Assembly: GCA_045628045.1 (NCBI GenBank)
Contig: JAZQOV010000007.1
Location: 1 to 64,000 of the forward strand
Length of the DNA stretch: 64,000 nt
Direction of reading: 5' to 3'
Source: Bacilli bacterium
Lineage (GTDB): Bacteria > Bacillota_I > Bacilli_A > RFN20 > CAG-826
Shown here: in pieces, positions 21,169 to 31,604 of the stretch
Position numbering within the stretch: position 1 is the first letter of the stretch
How the letters are laid out: each line of letters begins with the position of its first letter
Notes under the pieces: generated by a model
The model's database searches: none
Told to the model about the DNA's origin: nothing
The model's input: the letters and a program-made list of their open reading frames with translations, nothing else
Translations under genes and position numbers: made by a program

Positions 21169-21714
21169 ATGGACGCTATTGCATTAGAAGCTAAAGAAGG
21201 AATGAGCAAGACAATTGCTGCCTTTGAAAATGAACTTGTCACACTTAGAACAGGCAGAGCATCACCTGCTATGCTTGAAAGAATCGAATGTGATTATTAT
21301 GGAGACAAAATTGGTATCAACCAAATCTCATCAGTTTCATCTCCAGAGCCACGTCAATTACTTGTTAAACCTTATGATAAAAATGACGTTAAATCCATTT
21401 GTGCTGCTATAGCAGCAGCTAACATTGGGGTTAACCCAGTGAATGAAGGCGATTGTATCAGAATTACAATTGCTCCACTTACTGAAGAAACTCGTCGTGA
21501 ACTTGTTAAAAAAGCAAAGGCTATGAGTGAAGAAAGCAAAGTTGCAATTCGTAACATTCGTCGTGATTACATTGATCTTGTTAAGGCAAGCGATGACATG
21601 ACAGAAGACCTTCAAAGACAAGTGCAGGACGAAATTCAAAAAGTAACTGATGAAGCAGTTGCTCAAATTGATTCAATACTTGCAAAAAAAGAGTCAGAAA
21701 TTATGGCGATATAA
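21169..21714 (+). CDS. frr: Ribosome recycling factor
   Basis: LRTGRASP, LTEETRRELVK, AIRNIRRD. Confidence 0.96.
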   Translation: MDAIALEAKEGMSKTIAAFENELVTLRTGRASPAMLERIECDYYGDKIGINQISSVSSPEPRQLLVKPYDKNDVKSICAAIAAANIGVNPVNEGDCIRITIAPLTEETRRELVKKAKAMSEESKVAIRNIRRDYIDLVKASDDMTEDLQRQVQDEIQKVTDEAVAQIDSILAKKESEIMAI

Positions 21715-21814
21715 GAGAGGCTAATGCTTCTCTTTTCTTTTTAAAAAGAATTCATCACATTATTTTTTTTATGCCCTTGCGCCTAAGCCTCGTATGTATG
21801 TATAATATACACAC

Positions 21815-22552
21815 ATGAACGAAATAACATTAAACAAGCCAATTAAGCATGTTGCTATTATTATGGATGGCAACGGAAGATGGGCTAATGAACGTGGTTT
21901 ACCACGTACAAAAGGCCATAAAGAGGCAATGAACCGCATTGTCGAAATTTTCGACTACTGTGTTGATTATGATATTAAAGTTGTATCATTCTATGCGTTT
22001 TCTACTGAAAACTGGAAAAGACCAAAATCAGAAATAGCATTTTTGTTTAGATATCTTGATATTTTCTTTAGAAAAGAAATTAACAAAATTATGAAAGATG
22101 GCACAAGGATAATTGTGTCTGGAGATATTTCAAAACTTCCTCCTAAAACAAGAAAAACCACGGAGAAAGCTATTGAAATGACAAAGAACAATAAAAACTA
22201 TGTCATGAATATTTGCCTTAATTATGGTGGAAAAGAAGAACTCACTAGAGCTGCAAGGCTCATTGCAGAAGAAGTGAAAGAGGGAAAACTTGAGTTAAAA
22301 GATATTAACGAACAAGTTATGGAAAATCATCTTTATACCGCTGGACTTCCAAACGTTGATCTTATGATCAGGACAAGTGGAGAAATAAGGACATCAAATT
22401 TCCTACCGTGGCAGATTGCATACGCTGAATATGTGTTCACACCGGTTTACTTCCCGGATTTCAAAAGAAAAGAATTTGTCGATTGTCTGATTGAATTTAA
22501 TAAACGTAATAGAAGATATGGAGGGCTAACAAATGAAAAAGATAATAAATGA
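21815..22552 (+). CDS. uppS: Undecaprenyl/polyprenyl diphosphate synthase
   Basis: HVAIIMDGNGRWA, FSTENWKRP, IRTSGE.R.SNFLPWQ. Confidence 0.96.
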   Translation: MNEITLNKPIKHVAIIMDGNGRWANERGLPRTKGHKEAMNRIVEIFDYCVDYDIKVVSFYAFSTENWKRPKSEIAFLFRYLDIFFRKEINKIMKDGTRIIVSGDISKLPPKTRKTTEKAIEMTKNNKNYVMNICLNYGGKEELTRAARLIAEEVKEGKLELKDINEQVMENHLYTAGLPNVDLMIRTSGEIRTSNFLPWQIAYAEYVFTPVYFPDFKRKEFVDCLIEFNKRNRRYGGLTNEKDNK

Positions 22553-23585
22553 AATATCTGAATCAGCTAAGAAATCGCTTCTTACTAGAACAATAACTGC
22601 GATTATTTTAGTTGTCATTACAGTTCCGTGTCTTATTCTTGGTGGCTGGTATTTCTTTATTTTTAGTGCTGTTATTGCACTTTGCTGTTCCTTTGAAATA
22701 GTCAAAGCATCAAATTTAAAAGGACTTATTAGAGTTTTAATCTATTTTATTACGATTGTCTTTACGATTGGCATTATTTACTATGTCATGTTTCAAGACA
22801 AATTAGGAACAGGTTATAAAATTACCGAAAAAGAAACTCAACTTTATAATGCTTTCGGCAATAAAATTGACCTTTCTATTATGCTCATTACAGTGATGTT
22901 ATCAGTTTATTTCTTAATATCATTTGCTTCAGAACCATTTAACATTGCATACGTTTTCTATTTCGTAACAATGATTTTGGTTATTGCAATTGGAATTCAG
23001 TCTATTTTATTCCTTCGTTACGCTCCTTTTATTTGTTTTTCAAATGAATCTAAAGGTGCACTAGGTGAATACGTAGGAAAACAACTTGTTGAAAAATCTA
23101 ATTTTAAATACATTCAATCAACATTCTTATCTGTTTACGTCATTTTAGGTGTTGTTTGTAACGACGTTGGTGCTTACTTTATTGGTATGCTTTTTGGTAA
23201 ACATAAAATGAACGAAAGAATTTCTCCTAAGAAAACTTGGGAAGGATTCGTTGGTGGCGTTGTTTTATCAATAATTGCTTCGATTCTATTTGCACTTTTG
23301 TGTGCTGTATTTGAAAAACCAATTTTACCAATCTTTGATTTAAGCCACTTATACTATGTAATCGTTGTTTCGATCTTAATTCCGCTTATCGCTGATATCG
23401 GAGACTTCGTTTTCTCCTCTGTTAAACGTACATTTGGAGTTAAAGACTTCTCAAATCTCCTTCCAGGACATGGTGGTGTATTAGATCGTATCGATTCATT
23501 AATATTTGCTGCAGCTTTAGTTTCTTGTTTAATCATCTTTATATATTTGGTTCAAGGTAATCCATTAAATGCAATGCAAATCTAA
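22533..23585 (+). CDS. cdsA: Phosphatidate cytidylyltransferase
   Basis: Multi-TM protein; ISPKKTWEG, KDFSNLLPGHGGVLDRIDS. Confidence 0.94.
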   Translation: MKKIINEISESAKKSLLTRTITAIILVVITVPCLILGGWYFFIFSAVIALCCSFEIVKASNLKGLIRVLIYFITIVFTIGIIYYVMFQDKLGTGYKITEKETQLYNAFGNKIDLSIMLITVMLSVYFLISFASEPFNIAYVFYFVTMILVIAIGIQSILFLRYAPFICFSNESKGALGEYVGKQLVEKSNFKYIQSTFLSVYVILGVVCNDVGAYFIGMLFGKHKMNERISPKKTWEGFVGGVVLSIIASILFALLCAVFEKPILPIFDLSHLYYVIVVSILIPLIADIGDFVFSSVKRTFGVKDFSNLLPGHGGVLDRIDSLIFAAALVSCLIIFIYLVQGNPLNAMQI

Positions 23586-24717
23586 GGTTCTTTTATTAGG
23601 TGCCTCAGGTTCTATTGGTGGACAAGCCATTGATATTATCAATGGGGCGAGTGATAAGTTTATACTTACCGCTTTTTCTGTTGGCAAAAATTACGAAAAA
23701 GCTCGTGAGATTTTACTTTCACACCCAAGTGTAGAAGAAGTTTATATTTGCTCAAAAGTTGATGCTGAAAAGCTTAAAGACGAATTTCATAATTTAATTG
23801 TTTATAGCGGAAAAAGAGGTTTAGCAAAGCTAACAAGAAGTGCTGAATACGATATGTGTGTTGATGCACTTGTTGGATTTGCAGGACTTGAACCAGCTAT
23901 TATTTCATTAAGAAAAAAGAAAGTTTTATGTTTAGCAAACAAAGAAGCTTTAGTCGCTGGTGGAACTATAATTAACCGCATTTTAAAAAGAGGAAAATCA
24001 AAACTTTATCCAATTGATTCTGAGCACGTTGCTTTAGCAAAATGTCTCGCAAATTGTGACAAAAAAGATGTCAAACGTCTTATTATTACTGCTTCTGGTG
24101 GAGCTTTAAGAAATGTTCCACTTAAAGAATTAAAAGATGTAAAAGCAGAACGTGCATTAATGCACCCAACATGGAAAATGGGAAATAAAATTACCATTGA
24201 TTGTGCCACAATGATGAACAAAGGTTTTGAAATTATTGAAGCATTTTATTTATATCATTATCCATTGGATAAAATCACTGTTCAAATGCATGATGAATCA
24301 CTTGTTCATTCCGCAGTTGAACTTAATGACGGAACATTGCTTGTTGAATATGGAAAACCAGACATGCATAACCCAATTAGATGGGCAATGAATGAAGGCA
24401 AGATTGAAAATGATGTTTTAAAAATCAAATCATTCGACGAACTCAAAGATTGTCATTTTCATAATTATGATCCTAAACGTTATCCATGCACTGAACTTGC
24501 TAAAAAAGCACTCCAAGACGGTGCTTCAAAAATGATTGCTCTTAATGCTTCAAACGAAGTTTTAGTAAGAAAATACTTAGCTGGAGAAATTGGATTTTTA
24601 GATATTTCTAAAAACGTAGAAGAAATTGTTAATAAAACTCCGCTTAAAAAGAAATTGAGTTTATTTAAAGTTAAACTTATTGATAAAAAAGCTAGAAAGG
24701 CCGCTGAAAAATGCTAA
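23569..24717 (+). CDS. dxr: 1-deoxy-D-xylulose 5-phosphate reductoisomerase
   Basis: GASGSIG, LANKEALV, PIDSEH, HPTWKMG, TMMNKG. Confidence 0.94.
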   Translation: MQCKSKVLLLGASGSIGGQAIDIINGASDKFILTAFSVGKNYEKAREILLSHPSVEEVYICSKVDAEKLKDEFHNLIVYSGKRGLAKLTRSAEYDMCVDALVGFAGLEPAIISLRKKKVLCLANKEALVAGGTIINRILKRGKSKLYPIDSEHVALAKCLANCDKKDVKRLIITASGGALRNVPLKELKDVKAERALMHPTWKMGNKITIDCATMMNKGFEIIEAFYLYHYPLDKITVQMHDESLVHSAVELNDGTLLVEYGKPDMHNPIRWAMNEGKIENDVLKIKSFDELKDCHFHNYDPKRYPCTELAKKALQDGASKMIALNASNEVLVRKYLAGEIGFLDISKNVEEIVNKTPLKKKLSLFKVKLIDKKARKAAEKC

Positions 24718-26060
24718 CAAAAATACTTGCAATTATTGTATTTATTATCGCGTTTGCTGCTTTAATTTGTATTCATGAAGCAGGTCATTTTTCAATGGCT
24801 AAACTTTTTAAAGTTTATTGTAAAGAATTTTCTATTGGATTTGGTCCTGCTATTTATTCTAAAAAGAAAAAAGGCCACGAAACAAAATTCTCACTCCGCT
24901 GGATTCCACTTGGTGGATACGTTGCAATGTATGGCGAAGACACTGAAGATGACGATGAATTTAAAGATCTTCCAAAGGAACGCTCACTTGAGCACATTAA
25001 AAAGTGGAAAAAGGCAATTATTGTTTCTGCAGGAATTATTCTTAACGCTTTACTTGCCTTGATTCTTATTGGAATTTCAAATATCTGTTTTAGAGTAACT
25101 TATGTTACTAGACAAGCGGTGGTAGCGGAAAATTCACTTATTTCAGAAGCAGGAATTAAAGAAAATGACAAACTGGAATTCGTTATTCCAAAGCAAATGG
25201 AAGATGAAGGGGTAATAGAACCATTCACTTATGAATTTACAGATAATCAAAAATTAATTCACGCTGGTTCATTTTATATTGTTGACCCAAATATTAAGCT
25301 CGAATCTGGTGAAAGATATGTTTTAACATTTATGTTTGCAGGAGATAAAAAAGAACCTGTATTTACGGATGGATTATCTCTTTATAAAGCTATTTCTAAG
25401 GAAGAATTATCCACAAAAACAAACTCATACAATCTTTTTAAAGATTGGGCTAATGAAGAAGGATCTCCTAATTATTATCCAATAATTGAAGATGATGTTG
25501 TTACTTTAACTGAAGGAATGGCGTTTGATGCAAATATCGGATTTTTAGTTGGAGAAAATGAAGAAGTTGTCATCAAAACAATCCATATTCAAACAATTAA
25601 AGATGGAAAGAAATTTGTTTTTGAAGACATTGGTCTATCATTCAAACTCGTTAAAGAATGGCTTCCATTTAAAACTAGACTTGCAAACACATTTAGAGAT
25701 TATGGCGAAGCCTCAATCGCAGTATTTAAAGGATTAAAAGTTTTATTTACTGGTGGTATTAAAAATCTTGGTGGATTTATAAGAATTGCCGCTACATCAA
25801 CAACAGTATTTACTACTAGAACATTTGCAACTTATTTATATTTCTGGGGTTTGATCTCAGTTAACTTAGCGATATTTAATTTATTACCGTTCCCTGGACT
25901 TGATGGATGGCAGTTACTTGTAACTGCAATTGAAGGAATTACTAAGAAAAAACTTCCTTCTAAATTTAAAACAATTATGTCCATTATCGGACTAGCGTTA
26001 TTATTTGCACTTATGATTGTGATTGTAGTGCTTGATATAAAAAGTATTGCGGGTATTTAA
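24711..26060 (+). CDS. rseP: RIP metalloprotease RseP/RasP (site-2 protease)
   Basis: HEAGH, FSIGFGP, PLGGYV, NLLPFPGLDG. Confidence 0.92.
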   Translation: MLTKILAIIVFIIAFAALICIHEAGHFSMAKLFKVYCKEFSIGFGPAIYSKKKKGHETKFSLRWIPLGGYVAMYGEDTEDDDEFKDLPKERSLEHIKKWKKAIIVSAGIILNALLALILIGISNICFRVTYVTRQAVVAENSLISEAGIKENDKLEFVIPKQMEDEGVIEPFTYEFTDNQKLIHAGSFYIVDPNIKLESGERYVLTFMFAGDKKEPVFTDGLSLYKAISKEELSTKTNSYNLFKDWANEEGSPNYYPIIEDDVVTLTEGMAFDANIGFLVGENEEVVIKTIHIQTIKDGKKFVFEDIGLSFKLVKEWLPFKTRLANTFRDYGEASIAVFKGLKVLFTGGIKNLGGFIRIAATSTTVFTTRTFATYLYFWGLISVNLAIFNLLPFPGLDGWQLLVTAIEGITKKKLPSKFKTIMSIIGLALLFALMIVIVVLDIKSIAGI

Positions 26061-26062
26061 CT

Positions 26063-29000
26063 ATGAAAGACAAAATGATTAGATTTTTAACATCTATCGG
26101 CATCCAGAATGTCGAACGTTTTGACATGGATTTTGATTTAGTTACTCGTAATCGCACTCATTTCATGCAAATTGACATGTTAATTGTGAAACAAACTCCT
26201 TGGGAGTATGAACTTCTTGAAGAATTCCAAAATCATTTAGAAGGAATTAAGTATCCTTATTCAATTAAATTTTCTTACGTGAAAAAACCTGTTGCTTGTG
26301 ATGCAACAAAACTTTTTAAAGAATGGCATTTTTCACATTGTAGAGTGCCTTCAACTTTAAAACTTGTCGGTATTGGAAACACAATTACTTTCTATTATGA
26401 ATCTGTTGAAGAAAAGGAAAAGAACAATAGCGTTGTCAAAGACTTTAAATCATTCTTAGATTTCCTTGGATACGACTTTACTTTTGAACACAAACTTTTG
26501 GACAAAACTGAGGAACTTCCGAAGGAAAGCCCAAAAGAAGAGATTAAAACCGAGATGTCAGAGGAAGAGGAAGAAACACTAAAAGCATATCAATCTTCCA
26601 TTGTTGAAATGCGTCATGAATTTGAGAAAATGCCTCATAAAAATGATTCATGGAAAGATAGAATTCCTTACAAGAAACTTGAGAATATTTCTGATATAAA
26701 TGAAGATTCAGCAAACGTCGAGATTGAAGGTCAACTTTATGGCATTGATAAACCAAAAATCATTCGTAATGGCAAGACGCTTTTAACTTGTGGACTTGGA
26801 AAAGGTGATTGTGGAATTGCTCTTAAAGTTCTTGAAAACGACAACATGTCTCCTGACTTTATTGAAGATGAACTTAAAAATGAAAAATGGGCAAGAGTTA
26901 AAGGATACGTTTCTAGAGATTCTTATAAAGGTTCACTTGTTTTAGATGCAAGAAGTATTGAAATTACTGAAGGGCCTCAGCTTAGAACTGATGATGAAGA
27001 AGAAAAACGTGTTGAATTACATTTACATACAAAAATGTCTTCAATGGATGGAGTAACCTCAACAGAAGATTACTTTAAACTTGCGAAAAACATGGGTCAT
27101 AAAGCAGTTGCAATTACTGACCATGGTGTTGTCCAATCTTACCCTAATGCACAAAAAATATCCGGGAAAACCGGGGTAAAAGCGCTATATGGCTGTGAAT
27201 TTTACATGGTTAATGATGAACTTCCGTTCGCGTTAAATCCTGTTGATATTCCTCTTAATAAAGCAACCTATGTTGTGTTCGACTTAGAAACAACTGGGCT
27301 TTCCACTAGATACGATAGAATCACCGAATTCGGTGGTATTAGATTTGAGAATGGTCAAATCGTTAAAACTTTAGATTTGCTTATTAATCCAGAAAGACAA
27401 ATCCCTAAAGCAATCGTTGAAAAAACTCATATTTCAAACGAAATGGTTAAAGACAAACCAACGATTGAACAAGTTATTGATCAAATTCTTGAATTCATGG
27501 ATGGCGCAATCCTTGTTTCTCATAACATTACATTCGACTATGGATTTATTGCAGAAAATTTAAGAAGAATGGGTAGAGAGAAGTTTGTTAAACCTGCTAT
27601 CGATACTCTTTCACTTTCAAGATATCTTTTCCCGGAAGCAAGTGCGCATAGATTAGGAAGCCTTTCTAAGAACCTTGGAATGGATAATTATGATGATGAA
27701 GAAGCACACCGTGCTGATTACGACGCAAAGATATTAAATGAAGTTTGGTTGGCAATGCTTTCTAGACTTACAAAAACTAATAAAGATTTAAAACATAGTG
27801 ACCTCGCAAAGATTAAAACTACAAACTCTATGCTAAAGCATATGAGACCAGATCATGTCACTGTACTTGCTAAAAATGAAGAAGGTATCAAAGATATTTT
27901 TGAACTTGTTTCGTTATCACATATTAATTACTTAGCAGATGTTCCTAAAATTCCAAAACGTGAGATTGAAAGATTACGTAAAAACTTGTTAGTTGGTTCT
28001 GCATGTCAAAATGGTGAAATTTTTGATATGGAAAGAACTAGATCAAAACAAGATTTACTCGATGCAATGGAATTTTATGATTACATCGAGGTTCAACCTA
28101 TTGAAAACTACCTTAACCTTGTTAATAGAGGAATTGTTTTAAATAACGAACAAATTCAAGCTTACATTACAGATATTGTTGAATGTGCTGACTCAATTGG
28201 AAAAATGGTGGTGGCAACTGGTGATGTTCACTATGCAAACCCAGAAGATAAAATTTCTAGAGATATTTACATTGCAGCTAAAGCTGTCGGCGGAAAATTC
28301 CATCCACTCCATTTAAAAGATCCTACTCTTCAAAATCCAAATCAACACTATAGAACAACAAGAGAAATGCTTGATGCCTTTAGTTTTTTGGGTGAAGAAA
28401 AAGCAAAAGAAATTGTTATTAAAAATACAAATATTATTGCCGACTCTTTAAAGGAAATGGCGCCAATAAAAGAAGTTCTTGAAAAACCTGTTATTGAAAA
28501 TTCTGAGCAAATGTTAACAGATGCTTGCTTTAACAAAGCAAAAGAACTTTATGGTGAAAATATTCCTCAGGATATTGTCGATAGATTAAATAAAGAATTA
28601 AATGGTATTAATGGCCATGGTTATTCTGTTACTTATTACATTGCTCATGAAATTATTCGTCGTGCTAACGAAGATGGTTACATGGTTGGTTCCCGTGGTT
28701 CTGTTGGTTCATCTTTAGCAGCCCACTTATATGGAATTACTGAGGTTAATCCTTTAGCACCTCACTATAGATGTCCAAAATGTAAACATTTCGAATATTC
28801 GGATGATCCTGAATGTTATTCTGGTTCAGACTTACCAGAAAAGAAATGCCCTGTTTGTGGTGAACCTATGGTTCACGATGGACAAGAAATTCCATTTGAA
28901 ACATTCCTTGGATTTGATGCTGAGAAAGTTCCTGATATTGATCTTAACTTCCCAAGCGATTACCAAGCCAAAGCCCACGAATCTACAAAAGATATTTTTG

Positions 29001-30400
29001 GTGCTGAAAACGTTTATCGTGCTGGAACAATTGGAACAGTTGCTAGCAAGACCGCATTTGGTTATGTTCGTAACTATTTTGAATCAAAAGGAATTGATCC
29101 AAGCTCAATTGCTGGTGAAAGAATTGCTTATATGGCGTCACATTGTACCGATGTTAAACGTACAACTGGACAACACCCTGGTGGAATTGTTGTTCTTCCA
29201 AAAGGACGTTCAATTTATGAGTTCACTCCAATTCAATATCCAGCTGATGATAAGGAATCAAATTGGCTTACAACACATCTTGATTATCATGCTGCACTTG
29301 ATGCGCAACTTTTAAAACTTGACCTACTAGGTCACGTTGACCCATTAGCTCTTCGCTTAATGTCACTTTTAACAGGTGTTGATGTTAAGAAAATTCCTCT
29401 TAACGATAAGAAAGTTATTTCACTTTTCACATCTACAAAGGCACTTAACTTGAGTGAAAACTATTTGAAGACAAAGATTGGTTCATCTGGACTTCCAGAG
29501 TACGGAACTGAAACATGTCGTGATATTTTGTTAAAAGCAAAACCAAAAACATTCGCTGAAGTTGTTGCAGTCGCAGGTCTTGCTCACGGTACTAACGTTT
29601 GGGGTCATAACCAAGAAGATTTGATTAGAAATGGCACAATGTCTCTTCATAACTGTGTTGCTGCTCGTGATGATATTATGAAGTATTTAATTGCTCATGG
29701 AGTTGACTCTTCAACAGCATTTAAAATAATGGAAAAAGTACGTAAAGGTAAGAAAATTCCTGAGGAATTCCTTCCTATTTTGAGAAAACAAGGCATTCCA
29801 GAGTACTACATTGAAGCATGTAATAAAATCAAATATCTTTATCCAAAAGCACACGCTGTTGCTTATGCTACAATGGCTGTTCGTGTTGGTTATTTTAAAG
29901 TTTATTATCCACTCGAATTCTATGCTGTTTGGTTCTCTGCTCGTTGCGATGCTTATGATATTCGCACTATGCTTGCAGGTTATGAAAAAATTAAAGAGCG
30001 TTATGATGAACTTACTCGTTTGCTTAACGACAGAACCCAAAAGACTGTTAAAAAGGATGAAGATTTACACGCAATGCTAGAAGTTTGCATTGAGATGTTT
30101 GAACGTGGTTATAAATTTGGCAACATTGATTTATATAAATCAAAGGCTAAAGAATTTATAGTCGATAAAGAAAATGGTTTACTAATCCCACCATTCGTCG
30201 TTATCGATGGTTTAGGCGACGCTGCTGCTGAATCGGTAGTGGAAGCAAGAAAAGATGGAGAGTTCTCTTCTAAAGAAGACTTACTTAAACGTACTAAACT
30301 AAATGGCACTAACGTAGAAGATTTAGATTCTATTGGTGTTTTAAAAGGATTAGGAGAAACAGATCAAATGTCACTTTTTGAATTTGGTCTAGGTGATTAA
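26063..30400 (+). CDS. polC: DNA polymerase III PolC
   Basis: RVELHLHTKMS PHP domain, inserted exonuclease (FDLETTG, HRADYD), SRGSVGSS, PDIDLNF, TTGQHPGG. Confidence 0.98.
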   Translation: MKDKMIRFLTSIGIQNVERFDMDFDLVTRNRTHFMQIDMLIVKQTPWEYELLEEFQNHLEGIKYPYSIKFSYVKKPVACDATKLFKEWHFSHCRVPSTLKLVGIGNTITFYYESVEEKEKNNSVVKDFKSFLDFLGYDFTFEHKLLDKTEELPKESPKEEIKTEMSEEEEETLKAYQSSIVEMRHEFEKMPHKNDSWKDRIPYKKLENISDINEDSANVEIEGQLYGIDKPKIIRNGKTLLTCGLGKGDCGIALKVLENDNMSPDFIEDELKNEKWARVKGYVSRDSYKGSLVLDARSIEITEGPQLRTDDEEEKRVELHLHTKMSSMDGVTSTEDYFKLAKNMGHKAVAITDHGVVQSYPNAQKISGKTGVKALYGCEFYMVNDELPFALNPVDIPLNKATYVVFDLETTGLSTRYDRITEFGGIRFENGQIVKTLDLLINPERQIPKAIVEKTHISNEMVKDKPTIEQVIDQILEFMDGAILVSHNITFDYGFIAENLRRMGREKFVKPAIDTLSLSRYLFPEASAHRLGSLSKNLGMDNYDDEEAHRADYDAKILNEVWLAMLSRLTKTNKDLKHSDLAKIKTTNSMLKHMRPDHVTVLAKNEEGIKDIFELVSLSHINYLADVPKIPKREIERLRKNLLVGSACQNGEIFDMERTRSKQDLLDAMEFYDYIEVQPIENYLNLVNRGIVLNNEQIQAYITDIVECADSIGKMVVATGDVHYANPEDKISRDIYIAAKAVGGKFHPLHLKDPTLQNPNQHYRTTREMLDAFSFLGEEKAKEIVIKNTNIIADSLKEMAPIKEVLEKPVIENSEQMLTDACFNKAKELYGENIPQDIVDRLNKELNGINGHGYSVTYYIAHEIIRRANEDGYMVGSRGSVGSSLAAHLYGITEVNPLAPHYRCPKCKHFEYSDDPECYSGSDLPEKKCPVCGEPMVHDGQEIPFETFLGFDAEKVPDIDLNFPSDYQAKAHESTKDIFGAENVYRAGTIGTVASKTAFGYVRNYFESKGIDPSSIAGERIAYMASHCTDVKRTTGQHPGGIVVLPKGRSIYEFTPIQYPADDKESNWLTTHLDYHAALDAQLLKLDLLGHVDPLALRLMSLLTGVDVKKIPLNDKKVISLFTSTKALNLSENYLKTKIGSSGLPEYGTETCRDILLKAKPKTFAEVVAVAGLAHGTNVWGHNQEDLIRNGTMSLHNCVAARDDIMKYLIAHGVDSSTAFKIMEKVRKGKKIPEEFLPILRKQGIPEYYIEACNKIKYLYPKAHAVAYATMAVRVGYFKVYYPLEFYAVWFSARCDAYDIRTMLAGYEKIKERYDELTRLLNDRTQKTVKKDEDLHAMLEVCIEMFERGYKFGNIDLYKSKAKEFIVDKENGLLIPPFVVIDGLGDAAAESVVEARKDGEFSSKEDLLKRTKLNGTNVEDLDSIGVLKGLGETDQMSLFEFGLGD

Positions 30401-30402
30401 GT

Positions 30403-30478
30403 CGGGGCGTAGCACATCTGGTAGTGCGCTTGCTTCGGGAGCAAGAGGTGGCGAGTTCAAGTCTCGCCGCTCCGACCA
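30403..30478 (+). tRNA. tRNA-Pro(CGG)
   Basis: Cloverleaf; anticodon arm CTTGC-TTCGGGA-GCAAG; encoded CCA. Confidence 0.93.
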
Positions 30479-30482
30479 TTAC

Positions 30483-30559
<77 letters not shown>

Positions 30560-30565
30560 ATTAGT

Positions 30566-31342
30566 ATGAAAAAAAGAATACTTTTTATTAATATTGCAGC
30601 ATTAGTAACTCTTTGTGGGTGTGGAACAAACGAAAAACCTAACTCACAAGTTTTTTCTATTATGTCTTTTAACACCAAAAGAAATCCAGGTATAAAAAGA
30701 CTTAACGAAATTGTTGATATTGTGAAAGATAACAACCCAGATTTAATTGGATTTCAAGAAATAAAATCGTATACTGAACCTTTTTTGAAAGCAAAGCTTT
30801 CAGATTATAAAACTATTTATAATATTAGAGGTTTTGATAATGAAGGAATTGCGATTTATTACAAGAAATCAAAATTTGAATTACTTGAATCAGGACATAA
30901 ATGGTTAACCGAAACTCCTGATAAAATGTCGAAGATTAAGGATTCAAATTGCTATAGAATCCTCAATTATGCAGTGTTAAAAGAGAAATTTTCTCAAAAA
31001 GTTTTTATGCACGTGAACACTCACATTGATAATAATAAAAATGTTCAAACTGAACAAATGGTGGAGTTTACTCAAATAGTAAGATCATTAAAATCTTATC
31101 CAACTTTGGTTACAGGAGACTTTAATTTTAATCCTACTACGAACATGTATTCTGATTTCATAAACGTTGGTTATGATGACTTATCAATTTCTGATTCTCG
31201 AGGTAATAAAAAAATCGATTATATTTTTGCAACTCAAAATCAATTTTTAATCTCAGATTTTAAAGTCATTGATCATCATAAATATTCATTGACTGCAAGT
31301 GATCATTTTGCAATTATTTGTAAAATTGATTTCGATTTCTAA
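30566..31342 (+). CDS. Endonuclease/exonuclease/phosphatase (EEP) family lipoprotein
   Basis: Lipobox LCGC; MSFN, GFQE, NTH, GDFN, IDYIF, SDH motifs; start moved out of the tRNA. Confidence 0.88.
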   Translation: MKKRILFINIAALVTLCGCGTNEKPNSQVFSIMSFNTKRNPGIKRLNEIVDIVKDNNPDLIGFQEIKSYTEPFLKAKLSDYKTIYNIRGFDNEGIAIYYKKSKFELLESGHKWLTETPDKMSKIKDSNCYRILNYAVLKEKFSQKVFMHVNTHIDNNKNVQTEQMVEFTQIVRSLKSYPTLVTGDFNFNPTTNMYSDFINVGYDDLSISDSRGNKKIDYIFATQNQFLISDFKVIDHHKYSLTASDHFAIICKIDFDF

Positions 31343-31389
31343 ACAAATTATTGTAAATAATAGAAAATAAAAGTATTATATTACTCGCT

Positions 31390-31465
31390 GGGCCTGTAGC
31401 TCACCTGGGAGAGCGCCTCCATGGCATGGAGGAGGTAGCCGGTTCGATCCCGGTCAGGTCCACCA
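31390..31465 (+). tRNA. tRNA-Ala(GGC)
   Basis: G3:U70, CCTCC-ATGGCAT-GGAGG (A32-U38 typical of this isoacceptor), CCA. Confidence 0.94.
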
Positions 31466-31477
31466 GATAACAAATTA

Positions 31478-31499
31478 AGAACCATATATGGTTCTTTTT
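31478..31499 (+). terminator. Terminator after tRNA-Ala
   Basis: AAGAACCAT-AT-ATGGTTCTT plus T tract. Confidence 0.75.
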
Positions 31500-31604
31500 A
31501 TTTTAACTTTTTTAACAATGAATAAACTTCATTTGTTTGGTATAATTTAGTTAACTGGTGCGAAAGCACACATAAAGGAGGATACCAATAAGGTATAAAA
31601 ACAT

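Noticed and set aside
26063-30400. Intein or other insertion in polC
   Set aside because: Length (1445 aa) and domain order are normal for PolC; no intein motifs seen.
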